The position numbers were made by a program, and so were the translations under genes. Shown here in pieces: positions 48,701 to 56,961 of a DNA stretch of 64,000 bases. The DNA is taken from the NCBI GenBank assembly GCA_038227875.1, contig JBBRPR010000004.1, forward strand, positions 128,001 through 192,000, given 5' to 3'. A model generated the notes under the pieces. It was not told the DNA's origin. It ran no database searches and worked only from the letters and a program-made list of their open reading frames with translations. Each line of letters opens with the position of its first letter. Within the stretch, counting starts at the first letter, position 1. This DNA is from Planctomycetota bacterium. Lineage in GTDB: Bacteria; Planctomycetota; SZUA-567; H5-PLA8.

Positions 48701-49368
48701 CCACGGAAATTCCCGAGAACGAAACCGTGCTGCTGGCCGGCGGCGGTTTGGGCAACGCAGTGCTCTTCTCGATTGCCGCGGCGCTGAAGGAGAAGAACAA
48801 TCGCGTCGTCTATTTCGCCGCGTACAAAACCGCCGCCGACGTCTACAAGCGTTCCGAAATCGAGAAGTCGTGCGACCTGGTCATCTGGAGCACCGACTCC
48901 GGTCCGGAAATTCCTGTGCGCCGGCCCAACGACCGCACGTTCGTCGGCAACATCGTTCAAGCCATGGAGGCCTACGCCACGGGCAAGCTCGGCGCGATCG
49001 ATATTCCCATCAGCGCCGTGAACCGCATCATCACCATCGGGTCCGACCGCATGATGAACGCGGTGAAAACCGCCCGGCGCAGCACGCTGGCCTGCCACAT
49101 TCCCGAAAACGCCGTGGCCTTCGGTTCGATCAATTCACCCATGCAGTGCATGATGAAGGAAATCTGCGCGCAGTGTCTGCAGCGCCACGTCGATCCGAAA
49201 TCGGGAGCCGAATCGTTCGTCTTCTCCTGCTTCAATCAGGATCAGGAACTCGATCATGTCGACTTCAAGCATCTCTCCGAGCGCCTGCGGCAGAACAGCA
49301 CCGCCGAGAAGCTGACGTCGCTGTGGATCGACTACCTCTTCGAAGCCCGCATGGTTCAGGAAGTATGA
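45760..49368 (+). CDS. Fe-S flavoprotein: GltD/NfnB-like module fused to an FNR/PyrK(NfnA)-like module
   Basis: CIICHDRKKDSC, GCP, CAGTGHRICNDCMKGC; GMGPAG and GGGLTAID Rossmann motifs; PGQFYRL, MGPTG, GGGLG, PMQCMMKEICAQC. Confidence 0.82.
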   Translation: MTYLHLPSSREEAQNWNFTLGVPGFRFADLNRVRRLMALDALFLEDLTQKNPELAQCFKKLRETAGEGADPVKLSNTLIQVGKHVGPFIARIFHIEAQAAELNQRALNEKIIFRCRREFFERRVYRTTVTPDDVAAMDLPKLERAYRNASESILWGRLAADPERELAETALALLDREAHAKGAEKEAATRQLDDVVNWSRALAFHPKLKHKSREWALFFRPEKLDYENLVERHFDDENVPTHFHGPEETRRHRDGFDLTDRRATPRQALGEMDYCIICHDRKKDSCSHGFPEADGSFKKNPLGIPMTGCPLDERISEAHYLKREGHALAALAMVMIDNPLCAGTGHRICNDCMKGCIYQKQTPVNIPQAETNILTDVLKLPYGFEIYSLLTRWNPLNVRRPYPLPYNGKKVLVVGMGPAGYTLSHYLLNEGFGVVGIEGMKVEPLSKRMRGAKRRVPQPIQEITAIVGPLDERTILGFGGVSEYGITVRWDKNFLDINYIVLMRRKKFRLFDGVRFGGTLTIDDCWRLGFDHIALATGAGRPTLLSAKNNLLRGVRAASDFLMGLQGTGIYRKNSLGNLQVQLPAIVIGGGLTAIDTATELQAYYAVQVEKTLERYERLATKISEVKIRARFDAEELKILDTWLEHGKVIRAERATAAVQKRAPNFNQHIRAWGGVSIAYRKRVQDAPAYRLNHEEVVKALEEGIGFAECLNPVEFVPGPNGEVSAVRFERQIVENGKWRNAGEFFEMPAKAVMVAAGTHPNAIYEKEFPGTFKMDKWGEFFVGHKLVEENGAQKLEAVKPGETGFFTSYNKNGKLISFYGDNHPIYAGNVVKAMASAKHGYRAVAAAFEKEVEKLDPTVQSDRELDWVKFVEVLDMEIKATVVDVIRLTKNIVEVVVRAPLAARNFKPGQFYRLQNYENYAERVSGFMLGMEGIALTGAWVDRERGLLAMIVLEMGGSSRLCALLEPGEEVVVMGPTGAPTEIPENETVLLAGGGLGNAVLFSIAAALKEKNNRVVYFAAYKTAADVYKRSEIEKSCDLVIWSTDSGPEIPVRRPNDRTFVGNIVQAMEAYATGKLGAIDIPISAVNRIITIGSDRMMNAVKTARRSTLACHIPENAVAFGSINSPMQCMMKEICAQCLQRHVDPKSGAESFVFSCFNQDQELDHVDFKHLSERLRQNSTAEKLTSLWIDYLFEARMVQEV

Positions 49369-51215
49369 TTCCCGTTCGACCAGCTCCGGGAATTCGGCGT
49401 CGCGTCGCCTGCATTGTTGCCGCGCTCGCCCTGGTCGCATTCCGCGCGCAGGGAGCGGAAATTCACGACGCCGTCGGCGACAACGATCTGCCGCGGGTGA
49501 AAGCGCTGCTCGCGAAAAATCCGGAGCTGGCCAATGCCATCGACGAACGCCGCGGCGCGCCGCCGCTGCAGTTCGCCACGAGCAAAGAGATGGCCGAACT
49601 GTTGCTCGCCAGCAAAGCGAACGTTAACGCAACCCGCGCCTCGGATGGCCGCACCGCGCTCTTCAGCGCCGCCAACGCGGTCTCATCGTATGTGTTGCGC
49701 AAGATCGGCCAGGATATTTTCTCGGAAGACATCGAGCAGATGGACCGGCTGCGCGGACACGGCAACGCGGAGCTCACGGAGTTTCTGCTGACGCACGGCG
49801 CGGAAGCCGACAAGGCCGATCACGATGGCATGACGCCACTGATGATCGCCGGCGACCGCGCCACCGCCGAAGCACTGCTCGCCCACGGCGCATCGCTTCA
49901 AGCGCGTGATAAGAAGGGGCGAACGGCGTTGCACAGTGCCACGTCCGCCGACATGGCCGAATTACTGCTCGATAAGAAACTCGACGTGGACATCCGCGAC
50001 ACCGAGGGCCTCACCCCGCTGCACACCTGCTGGGACTCGACAGTCGCGATGGTGCTGATCAAGCACCACGCCGACGTCAACGCCAAGAGCAAGAGCGGAC
50101 GCACGCCGATCTATTTTCAGGCCGGAGAGCGCGGCGTGCAGATCGCCAAGCTGCTGATCGCCAACGACGCGCGCCTGGATCTCACCGACGATGCCGGCAT
50201 CCCACCTTTAAAGGCAGTGCTGGAGCGCGGAGAATTCGACGTCGCGCAGGTCATCGCCGCCAACCGCGTCAAGACCGATGTCTTCGATGCCGCTACGCTG
50301 GGCCTGACGCAGCAGCTGGCCGAGCTGTTGAAGGCCGATCCCAAGTCCGCCAACGCCCGCGACAAGACGCAGCGCACGCCGCTGCACTGGGCCGCGCGGC
50401 GCGAGCACGCCGATGCCGTCGCGCTCCTGCTGAAAAGCAATGCCGACGTCGACGCGCGCGACGTGAACGGCCGCACGCCGCTGATCGATGCCGGCCGCTC
50501 GAAACCGGAGATCGCAAAACTGTTGCTGGAGCACAAAGCCGACATCGACGCCGTCGACGTCCAGGGCCACTGCGTGCTGGAAGAAGCAATGAGCTCCAAG
50601 TACGGCCGCGAAGAACTGGATCTGCTCGAAAAGTTCCGGCGCAAAGGCAGCAACGAACTAATCGAAGCGATCGCGCAAAAAGACGCGCCGAAAGTCCAGC
50701 AACTGCTCGACGGCGATCCGAAGCTGGTCAGCATCCGGGATTTTTCCGCCGCGACGCCGCTGCACTGGGCCGCGGTGAAAGGTTCGCCGGAAGTCGCGCG
50801 CATCCTGCTGCAGTACCGTGCTGATGTTAACGCGCTCTCCGTTGACGAAGGCACGCCGCTGCTCGACGCCGCATTGCTTCACGATAAGGCGATGGCCAAG
50901 CTGTTGATCGAAAACGGCGCGAACGTCGACGTCTTCGCCGCCGCCGCGCTGGGATTGAAGGACAACTTGCGCGACCTCCTCAAAGCCGATCCCTCGCGCG
51001 TCTGGCTGGCGATGTCCGAAGGCCAGACCGCGCTCCATCTGGCCGCGCGAACGGGAGAACTCACGTCCATCGACCTGCTGCTCGACGGCAAAGCCAACAT
51101 CAACGCCACCGACCGCAGTGGCCGCACGCCCCTCGACTACGCCCTCGCCGCACACCAGAAAGAGGTGGCGCAGATGCTGTTGAGCCACCAGGCGAAAGTG
51201 GGGAAGTTGGAGTGA
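49365..51215 (+). CDS. Secreted ankyrin-repeat protein
   Basis: Signal peptide-like N-terminus; many G.TPLH.A...GADVN-type repeats; ATGA overlap with the oxidoreductase gene. Confidence 0.9.
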   Translation: MIPVRPAPGIRRRVACIVAALALVAFRAQGAEIHDAVGDNDLPRVKALLAKNPELANAIDERRGAPPLQFATSKEMAELLLASKANVNATRASDGRTALFSAANAVSSYVLRKIGQDIFSEDIEQMDRLRGHGNAELTEFLLTHGAEADKADHDGMTPLMIAGDRATAEALLAHGASLQARDKKGRTALHSATSADMAELLLDKKLDVDIRDTEGLTPLHTCWDSTVAMVLIKHHADVNAKSKSGRTPIYFQAGERGVQIAKLLIANDARLDLTDDAGIPPLKAVLERGEFDVAQVIAANRVKTDVFDAATLGLTQQLAELLKADPKSANARDKTQRTPLHWAARREHADAVALLLKSNADVDARDVNGRTPLIDAGRSKPEIAKLLLEHKADIDAVDVQGHCVLEEAMSSKYGREELDLLEKFRRKGSNELIEAIAQKDAPKVQQLLDGDPKLVSIRDFSAATPLHWAAVKGSPEVARILLQYRADVNALSVDEGTPLLDAALLHDKAMAKLLIENGANVDVFAAAALGLKDNLRDLLKADPSRVWLAMSEGQTALHLAARTGELTSIDLLLDGKANINATDRSGRTPLDYALAAHQKEVAQMLLSHQAKVGKLE

Positions 51216-51262
51216 GGAGTAGGTCCGAGGACGGGAGAAGGAAGAAGATAATTTTGAGTTTT

Positions 51263-51316
51263 CAATTCTTAATTTTGAATTGCTGCCGCCGCGAAGTAAT
51301 TCAAAATTAAAAATTG
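51263..51316. terminator. AT-rich heptamer-armed hairpin between convergent genes, possible bidirectional terminator
   Basis: 22-bp inverted repeat (51263-51284 / 51295-51316) with 2 mismatches. Confidence 0.5.
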
Positions 51317-51349
51317 CCGGGCGGTCGCGCCGCATAAAGCCGCAGCGCT

Positions 51350-51706
51350 CTAGTTAATCTTATCCATGATCTTCTCCGACGGCGTACGCGGCAGCTCGCC
51401 TTCGAGGATCTTGATCACGATGCCTTTCACGTCATGCAGCAGGCATGTCGAGGCCACGCCGATCAGCACGCGCGACCAGTGGTTCTCGCCATACCAGAGA
51501 TCCGGCGGCGGGTTTTTCAGCAGCGAATGCTTGATGATGTCTTCCAGCGAATCGGAGCTCGCCAGCATTTCCTGAAGCTGCGTGGCCAGCTCGGGGATCA
51601 GCTCTTCGACCTCCGTGGGCGTAAGCTCGCCGCCGCGGGGCGAATTGCGTTCGATGAACAGGTTGGCTTCGCGATACACCATCGTCAGCCATTGCGCGCG
51701 ATCCAT
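51350..51706 (-). CDS. Hypothetical protein (118 aa)
   Basis: Clean ORF with AGAGG RBS-like site and protein-like composition; no motif recognised. Confidence 0.65.
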   Translation of the reverse strand: MDRAQWLTMVYREANLFIERNSPRGGELTPTEVEELIPELATQLQEMLASSDSLEDIIKHSLLKNPPPDLWYGENHWSRVLIGVASTCLLHDVKGIVIKILEGELPRTPSEKIMDKIN

Positions 51707-51842
51707 GAAAACCTCTGCACTTTTCCGCGCGCCCCGTTCGTCCGCACTGGCGGCTGGGCAGGGCGCTCTTATGCTTTCCTGAAGCGGAATGTAGAGCAGC
51801 CGCGGACGAATTGCGAGTTTCGAACCCGGGACAGACTACGGG

Positions 51843-51868
51843 ACCCTGTTGCAAATTTGCAACAGGGT
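51843..51868. repeat. ACC-N8-AATT-N8-GGT palindrome, family member
   Basis: ACCCTGTTGCAAATTTGCAACAGGGT, perfect 26 bp. Confidence 0.85.
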
Positions 51869-51901
51869 GTACGCGGACGACGAATTTCAGGAGATGAACT
51901 C

Positions 51902-52459
51902 ATGGCCGTTGAAAAGCTGGACCTCAAAGCGATCTGGGAAGCCGGCGAGACCTGGGAGCAGTGGCTGACTCACACCACCGACGCCAAGCGCCGCGACGAT
52001 ATCGACAAGAATTTCAAAGACGTGACGCTCACGCCCGATGACGTGCAGCTGCTGAAAATGATCGACCGGCCCGTGCACGTGCTCGCGCTGGCGGAAGACT
52101 GGTGCGGCGATGTCCGCCGCAACGTCCCGGTGCTCGCGCGGATCGTCGCTGAAAATCCGGAGAAGCTCCGCCTGCGCCTGGTCGACAAGGAGACCAAGCC
52201 GCAGTTGATGGTTCGCTACCTTACCAACGCCGCCGAAGCGATTCCGATCATCGTCTTCCTCAACGACCAGTTCGTGGAAGTCGGCTTCTGGGGCCCGCGC
52301 CCCGCGGAATGCAAACGCCTGATGGCGCGCGGCAAAGCGGCCGGAAAAATCGACATCGCCCGCGAACGCATCGGCGCGTTCTACACCAATGACAAACACC
52401 AGAGCACCGTCCGCGAACTGCGTGGCCTGTTCACGCTCGCCGCGGCCAAAGACGTTTGA
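51902..52459 (+). CDS. Thioredoxin-family protein (monothiol WCGD type)
   Basis: AEDWCGDV, AIP cis-Pro motif, WGPRP; AGGAG RBS. Confidence 0.85.
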   Translation: MAVEKLDLKAIWEAGETWEQWLTHTTDAKRRDDIDKNFKDVTLTPDDVQLLKMIDRPVHVLALAEDWCGDVRRNVPVLARIVAENPEKLRLRLVDKETKPQLMVRYLTNAAEAIPIIVFLNDQFVEVGFWGPRPAECKRLMARGKAAGKIDIARERIGAFYTNDKHQSTVRELRGLFTLAAAKDV

Positions 52460-52468
52460 ACTGCATTT

Positions 52469-52603
52469 CGGATTGCGGATTGCGGATTGCGGATTGGTTA
52501 AGCAGGCGCAAGGACAGGATGAGATCTTCCCGCGGTGGGGCATCACTCAGTCCTCAGTCCTCAGTCCTTCCGTTCGTCGTTTCGACATTCGACATTCGAC
52601 ATT
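52469..52603. repeat. Three different heptamer tandem arrays in one spacer
   Basis: (CGGATTG)x4 at 52469-52496, (TCAGTCC)x3 at 52547-52567, (TTCGACA)x3 at 52581-52601. Confidence 0.8.
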
Positions 52604-52657
52604 TTAATCTTCTCCCTTCAACGTTCATAACCCATCACTTAACCACGAGGGCCCACC

Positions 52658-53752
52658 ATGCCGCTGCCGTCACAGGAATCCATGGAACTGCTGGAAGCGA
52701 TGCTCGCGACGCCGTCGCCGTCGGGGTTTGAAGCGAAAATTCAGGCGGTCATCCGCGAACGCATGAAGCCCTTCGCGCATGAAGTTCACCGCGATGTCCA
52801 CGGCAACCAGTGGTTCGTGGTCAATCCCAAGGGCTCCGTGCGCCTGATGCTCTCCGGCCACGTCGACGAAATCGGGCTGATGGTCCGCTATGTCGACGGC
52901 GAAGGTTTCATCTGGGTCACGCGCATCGGCGGTCCGGATCCTGTGCAGCATTGGGGACAGCGCGTCCACATTCACACCAAGAACGGCCCGGTCCTCGGAG
53001 TGATCGGCAAACGCCCGATCCACAACACGCCGCCGGAAGACCGCGCCAAGGGCGCGAAGCTCGAAGACCTGTTCATCGACATCGGTTCGAAAGACAAGGC
53101 CGAAACCCTGAAGCGCGTGCGCATCGGCGATCCGATCACGTTCACGGCCGGGTTTGAACGGATGAGCAACGATCTGGCCATCGCCCGCGCGATGGACGAC
53201 CGCATCGGGGCGTTCGTCGTGCTGGAAGCCTGCCGCAAGGTCTACGAATACACCAAGCGCAAGAAAGCCCGCGCGATCCACACGGCGCTTTTCGCTGCCT
53301 GTACCGTGCAGGAGGAAGTCGGCCTGCGCGGCGCGCAGACGGCCGCGTATCAGATCGAACCGCACGCCGGCATCGCCGTCGACGTGGGCTTCGCCACGGA
53401 TTACCCGTCGGAAAACAAAAAGGTGATCGGCGAATACAAACTCGGCGCCGGCCCGATCCTGCACCGCGGCGCGAACATCAATCCGCGCCTGGCCGAACTG
53501 ATGGAGAATCTCTGCGAGAAGCACAGCATTCCCTTCCAGATGTCCGGCGACGGCGGCGTGACCGGCACGGACGCCGGTGCGATCCAGGTTTCCCGCGGCG
53601 GCGTCGCGGCGGCGCTGATCTCGATCCCCAATCGCTACATGCATTCGCCGATCGAAATGGTCAGCCTGCAGGACGTCGAGAATTCGTCGGAACTGCTGGC
53701 GCAGGTGGCGATCCACATGCCGGCGAATCAGTCGTTCATTCCCGAAGCGTAG
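52658..53752 (+). CDS. M42-family (TET-like) metallo-aminopeptidase
   Basis: PSPSGFE, GHVDEIG, AMDDRIG, VQEEVGLRGA, GTDAG, RYMHSP. Confidence 0.93.
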   Translation: MPLPSQESMELLEAMLATPSPSGFEAKIQAVIRERMKPFAHEVHRDVHGNQWFVVNPKGSVRLMLSGHVDEIGLMVRYVDGEGFIWVTRIGGPDPVQHWGQRVHIHTKNGPVLGVIGKRPIHNTPPEDRAKGAKLEDLFIDIGSKDKAETLKRVRIGDPITFTAGFERMSNDLAIARAMDDRIGAFVVLEACRKVYEYTKRKKARAIHTALFAACTVQEEVGLRGAQTAAYQIEPHAGIAVDVGFATDYPSENKKVIGEYKLGAGPILHRGANINPRLAELMENLCEKHSIPFQMSGDGGVTGTDAGAIQVSRGGVAAALISIPNRYMHSPIEMVSLQDVENSSELLAQVAIHMPANQSFIPEA

Positions 53753-53763
53753 CGCCGCAAGCG

Positions 53764-53858
53764 GCGAGGGGCCAGGGGTCAGGGGTCAGAGATGGGTGGG
53801 GGCGCGTGCGGGGCGGGCGCGCTCCTCGCGACGGGCGTTAGAAGGCAGTCGGCAGTCG
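53764..53858. repeat. Dispersed heptamer-repeat element, copy 3 (inverted)
   Basis: Reverse complement reads CTGCCTTCTA...CCCATCTCTGACCCCTGACCCCTGGCCCCTCG, the same layout as 1811-1902. Confidence 0.7.
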
Positions 53859-53904
53859 CTGTTTTATTCGCTATTCGCCATTCCAACATTCCCAACATTT
53901 GCAA

Positions 53905-54675
53905 CTACGCGAGAGCGCGGACAATCGCGGTTTCGACGGGGGAGTAGTCGTCGGGATTGGGGCGCTGCAGGTTCAGGTTTTCGTGCAGCGTTACGCACGG
54001 ATTGCAGATGAAGCGCACCGATTGGCCCACATTGGGACTGCGGGCGTGGAGCATGAAGGGGTGGAGCAGCACGACGTCGCCGGCGCGGCCGTTCATCTCG
54101 ATCGGACGCTGCGGCGGCTCGACGACCATTTTTTGCGTGAGCTCCCCGGCGGACAGACCTTTGGGCTCCGATGCGGCGAGGATGCGCGCGGTGCGGAAGT
54201 GCGAGCCAGCATCGACAGCAGTGCCGCCGTCGCCGGGGCCGATGTCGGAGAAAATGAAAATCGGCAGCAGTCCCTGCTCGCGGCTGTTGACGTGGTGGTG
54301 AAACTGGATGCCGTCCACGTGCCAGCCGCCGACGGGAGTCTGCCACGGCGGCGCGTCGAAGCCGGGAAAGGAGATCGGCCACCAGCCCAGCGAGGTGTGG
54401 CGGCGGTACCGGCCTTCGCCGACGACATCGTCGTAACCATCCCAGAGGCGCTGTGTGAATGCATCCGCGAAGGGTGAGACGCCGAAGTCTTCCTGCAGAT
54501 GAATCACCGCTTTGTTCCACGTGGAGCGGTCGGTGGGATGGACGCCGATTTTCGCGAAGAGAAATTCACGCACGCCGCGGGCGACGTCCGGAGAAAAAAC
54601 ATCACGCAGCAGCACGTAGCCGTCGGTGATGAACTGCTCGACTTCGGCGGGCTTCAGGACTTTCAGCTTGCTCAT
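53905..54675 (-). CDS. Phytanoyl-CoA dioxygenase (PhyH)-family 2OG-Fe(II) oxygenase
   Basis: EQFITDGYVLL, WHVDG, GGT...GSH, AGDVVLLHPFMLH. Confidence 0.87.
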   Translation of the reverse strand: MSKLKVLKPAEVEQFITDGYVLLRDVFSPDVARGVREFLFAKIGVHPTDRSTWNKAVIHLQEDFGVSPFADAFTQRLWDGYDDVVGEGRYRRHTSLGWWPISFPGFDAPPWQTPVGGWHVDGIQFHHHVNSREQGLLPIFIFSDIGPGDGGTAVDAGSHFRTARILAASEPKGLSAGELTQKMVVEPPQRPIEMNGRAGDVVLLHPFMLHARSPNVGQSVRFICNPCVTLHENLNLQRPNPDDYSPVETAIVRALA

Positions 54676-54690
54676 GATGGGTGGTCCTTG

Positions 54691-54716
54691 ACCAGGTAAC
54701 GAATTTGTTACCTGGT
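54691..54716. repeat. ACC-N8-AATT-N8-GGT palindrome, family member
   Basis: ACCAGGTAACGAATTTGTTACCTGGT, one G/T mismatch. Confidence 0.8.
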
Positions 54717-54739
54717 TAGAGTGCAACATTGTTGGTGGA

Positions 54740-55132
54740 TTATTCGCCCGCTTCGATCGGGACGCGTTCGGGGCTGGTCGTCAGGTACGTCACGGCCTCG
54801 GCTTCACTGCCGCAGACCAGCACATTCAGCCCGCGGTTGCGCGCGACGTTCTGCCAGAAACGATCGGGCAGAATCCGTTCCGGGCGTTCGACCAGCGCCA
54901 GGTGCGAAAGCGCCGCACCCAGCTCCGCGACCTTCACACCCATCTCGAACAAGGTGAGCACGCTGATCTCGCCCTCGACGTTCACAAAGTCGATCATGAC
55001 GCGCGGCTGCCTATGACGGACGCTGGCTTCAACGACCTGCTTAAACAGATCCAGCGCCACAGCGGGGGTAAATTTTCCACCGCCACGAACGACCAGGAAA
55101 TGTTCGGTCACAACCAGGCTGCTGATCTGCAT
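54740..55132 (-). CDS. Small SpoIIAA/STAS-like protein
   Basis: RVMIDF, FWQNVARNRGLNV, EAEAVTYL pattern; AAGGA upstream. Confidence 0.55.
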   Translation of the reverse strand: MQISSLVVTEHFLVVRGGGKFTPAVALDLFKQVVEASVRHRQPRVMIDFVNVEGEISVLTLFEMGVKVAELGAALSHLALVERPERILPDRFWQNVARNRGLNVLVCGSEAEAVTYLTTSPERVPIEAGE

Positions 55133-55328
55133 AGCAATCAATTCCTTGAGTTATGGATACAAAGTCACAATAATGCCTCCTGCGCATAATTCAATAGGGC
55201 CGCTATAAGAAGGTAGACCTCATGGCCACGTGGCGACAAGGTCACACAGGTACCACAGCGCGACTTGCTGCCATTGCAATTCAGACTCATTCTCCGATAG
55301 TAAGGTCAATTCAGGAGCGCGATCCACC

Positions 55329-56321
55329 ATGAGCGCCGCGAAAACGTTAGGCGTCGGAATCATCGGGCTGGGCATGGGCCACGAATGCGGCAAGTGGGTG
55401 CGCAATTCGAAGAATTGTAAAGTGACGTGCGTGTGCGACATGGACGATGCGAAGATCAAGCGCAGCGTCGATGAATTCGGTTGCGCCGGCGAGAAAAGCT
55501 TCGACGCGATGATCGCGCGCACGGACGTCGACATCGTCTACATCGTCACGCCCAGCGGCACGCACGCGGAGTTGGGCATCAAAGCCGCGAACGCCGGCAA
55601 GCATGTGCTCGTCGCCAAGCCGATGGACGTCACGGTCGAAAACTGCGACCGGCTGATCGACGCCTGCGCGCGCAAGAGTGTCCTCTGTGCGGTGGACTTC
55701 AACGGCCGCCTGACCGACCTGATGCAGCAGATCCGCTACGCCATCGACACGAAGATGTTCGGCAAACTGATCATGGGCGAAGCGCGCCTCAAGTGGTACC
55801 GCAGCAACCAGTACTACGCGGCCGGCGGCTGGCGCGGGACGTGGAAGATGGACGGCGGCGGCTCGCTGGCCAACCAGACGATCCACCAGATCGACCAGTT
55901 GCAATGGTTCATGGGTGATGTGGAAGCGGTGGTTGCAGCGGAAGTCGGCATCTTTGCTCACGATGCAATCGAGACCGAAGACCTCGGCATGGCGCTGCTG
56001 CGCTTCAAGAACGGCGCGGTGGGCAGCATCACCGGGACGACCACGTTTCCGAAGGACTTCTACGCGGGCTTGGAAATTCACGGCACCGAAGGCGCGATTT
56101 CCGCGGTGCGCGGCGACCCGGTCTGGCTCTTCCACGACGAGACTCGCAAAGAGAAGCTGAAACGCGCGGTGAATTTTACGACTCACGTGGAGAACATGGC
56201 CGCGGTGCTCAACGGCGAATGCAAGGACTTGGTCTGCGACGGCGCGGAAGGCCGGAAGTCGATCGCCGTGCTGACGGGCGTGTACCGCAGCGCCAAGGAA
56301 CACCGCGAGATCAAGCTGTAA
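55329..56321 (+). CDS. Gfo/Idh/MocA oxidoreductase
   Basis: GIIGLGMG, TPSGTH, KHVLVAKP, WRGTWKMDGGGSLANQTIH. Confidence 0.9.
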   Translation: MSAAKTLGVGIIGLGMGHECGKWVRNSKNCKVTCVCDMDDAKIKRSVDEFGCAGEKSFDAMIARTDVDIVYIVTPSGTHAELGIKAANAGKHVLVAKPMDVTVENCDRLIDACARKSVLCAVDFNGRLTDLMQQIRYAIDTKMFGKLIMGEARLKWYRSNQYYAAGGWRGTWKMDGGGSLANQTIHQIDQLQWFMGDVEAVVAAEVGIFAHDAIETEDLGMALLRFKNGAVGSITGTTTFPKDFYAGLEIHGTEGAISAVRGDPVWLFHDETRKEKLKRAVNFTTHVENMAAVLNGECKDLVCDGAEGRKSIAVLTGVYRSAKEHREIKL

Positions 56322-56420
56322 CGATTGCAGGCGGGACGCCTGCACTACAATGATATTGCAGTCCCCGGCGAGTGACGTGGTGGTCGAGCCGGCGGTTAAA
56401 AGCAATGAGGGAGAGTCTCT

Positions 56421-56879
56421 GTGCCACGCGGACCGGTTATCATTCTACTGATTGTGATCGCGCTGGGTTCCGGCGTGTATTTTGCCATCCCGGCGCTGAA
56501 GCGCTCGTTCCTCGGCAATTCGCTGCAGACCCGCGTCAAGATTCTCGCCGCGGAAGACGATCCGAACTGCCAGAAGGGCGACGAGAAAATCCCCAAGACT
56601 GTGCTCGATCTGGAAATTTTCTTCCCGATGGGCGCCGCTCCGGAGAATACCGACGCGCTCAATGTCACCGACGACAGCAACCAGCCGATCGAAGTCTTCT
56701 GGTCGCCCGTCGAGAAGGAAGACCTGCCCGACCAGGCGCTGACGCGCTGGCACATCCACGAAGCGTATTTCCCGATCGGCTTCCGCCAGGGCACGCTGCG
56801 CGAAAAGACCAAGGACCTGACGTACTTCAAAGTGCCGCAGGTTCCGTTCAACGTGACGCCCCCGCCGCAAAATCAATAG
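56421..56879 (+). CDS. Hypothetical membrane-anchored protein
   Basis: GAGGAG RBS, N-terminal TM helix, typical codon usage. Confidence 0.65.
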   Translation: MPRGPVIILLIVIALGSGVYFAIPALKRSFLGNSLQTRVKILAAEDDPNCQKGDEKIPKTVLDLEIFFPMGAAPENTDALNVTDDSNQPIEVFWSPVEKEDLPDQALTRWHIHEAYFPIGFRQGTLREKTKDLTYFKVPQVPFNVTPPPQNQ

Positions 56880-56961
56880 GCCTTCTGCCTACTGGCGAGT
56901 CAGCACTCGCAAGTTTTCAAGCAGCCGCTAAGCTTCAGGAAACCTCAACTGAAGCGGTGGC

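Noticed and set aside
45715..49098. 1127-aa minus-strand ORF
   Set aside because: Antisense shadow of the Fe-S flavoprotein. The same applies to 31964-33775, 37148-38689, 26547-28019, 4505-5920 and 18230-19591.
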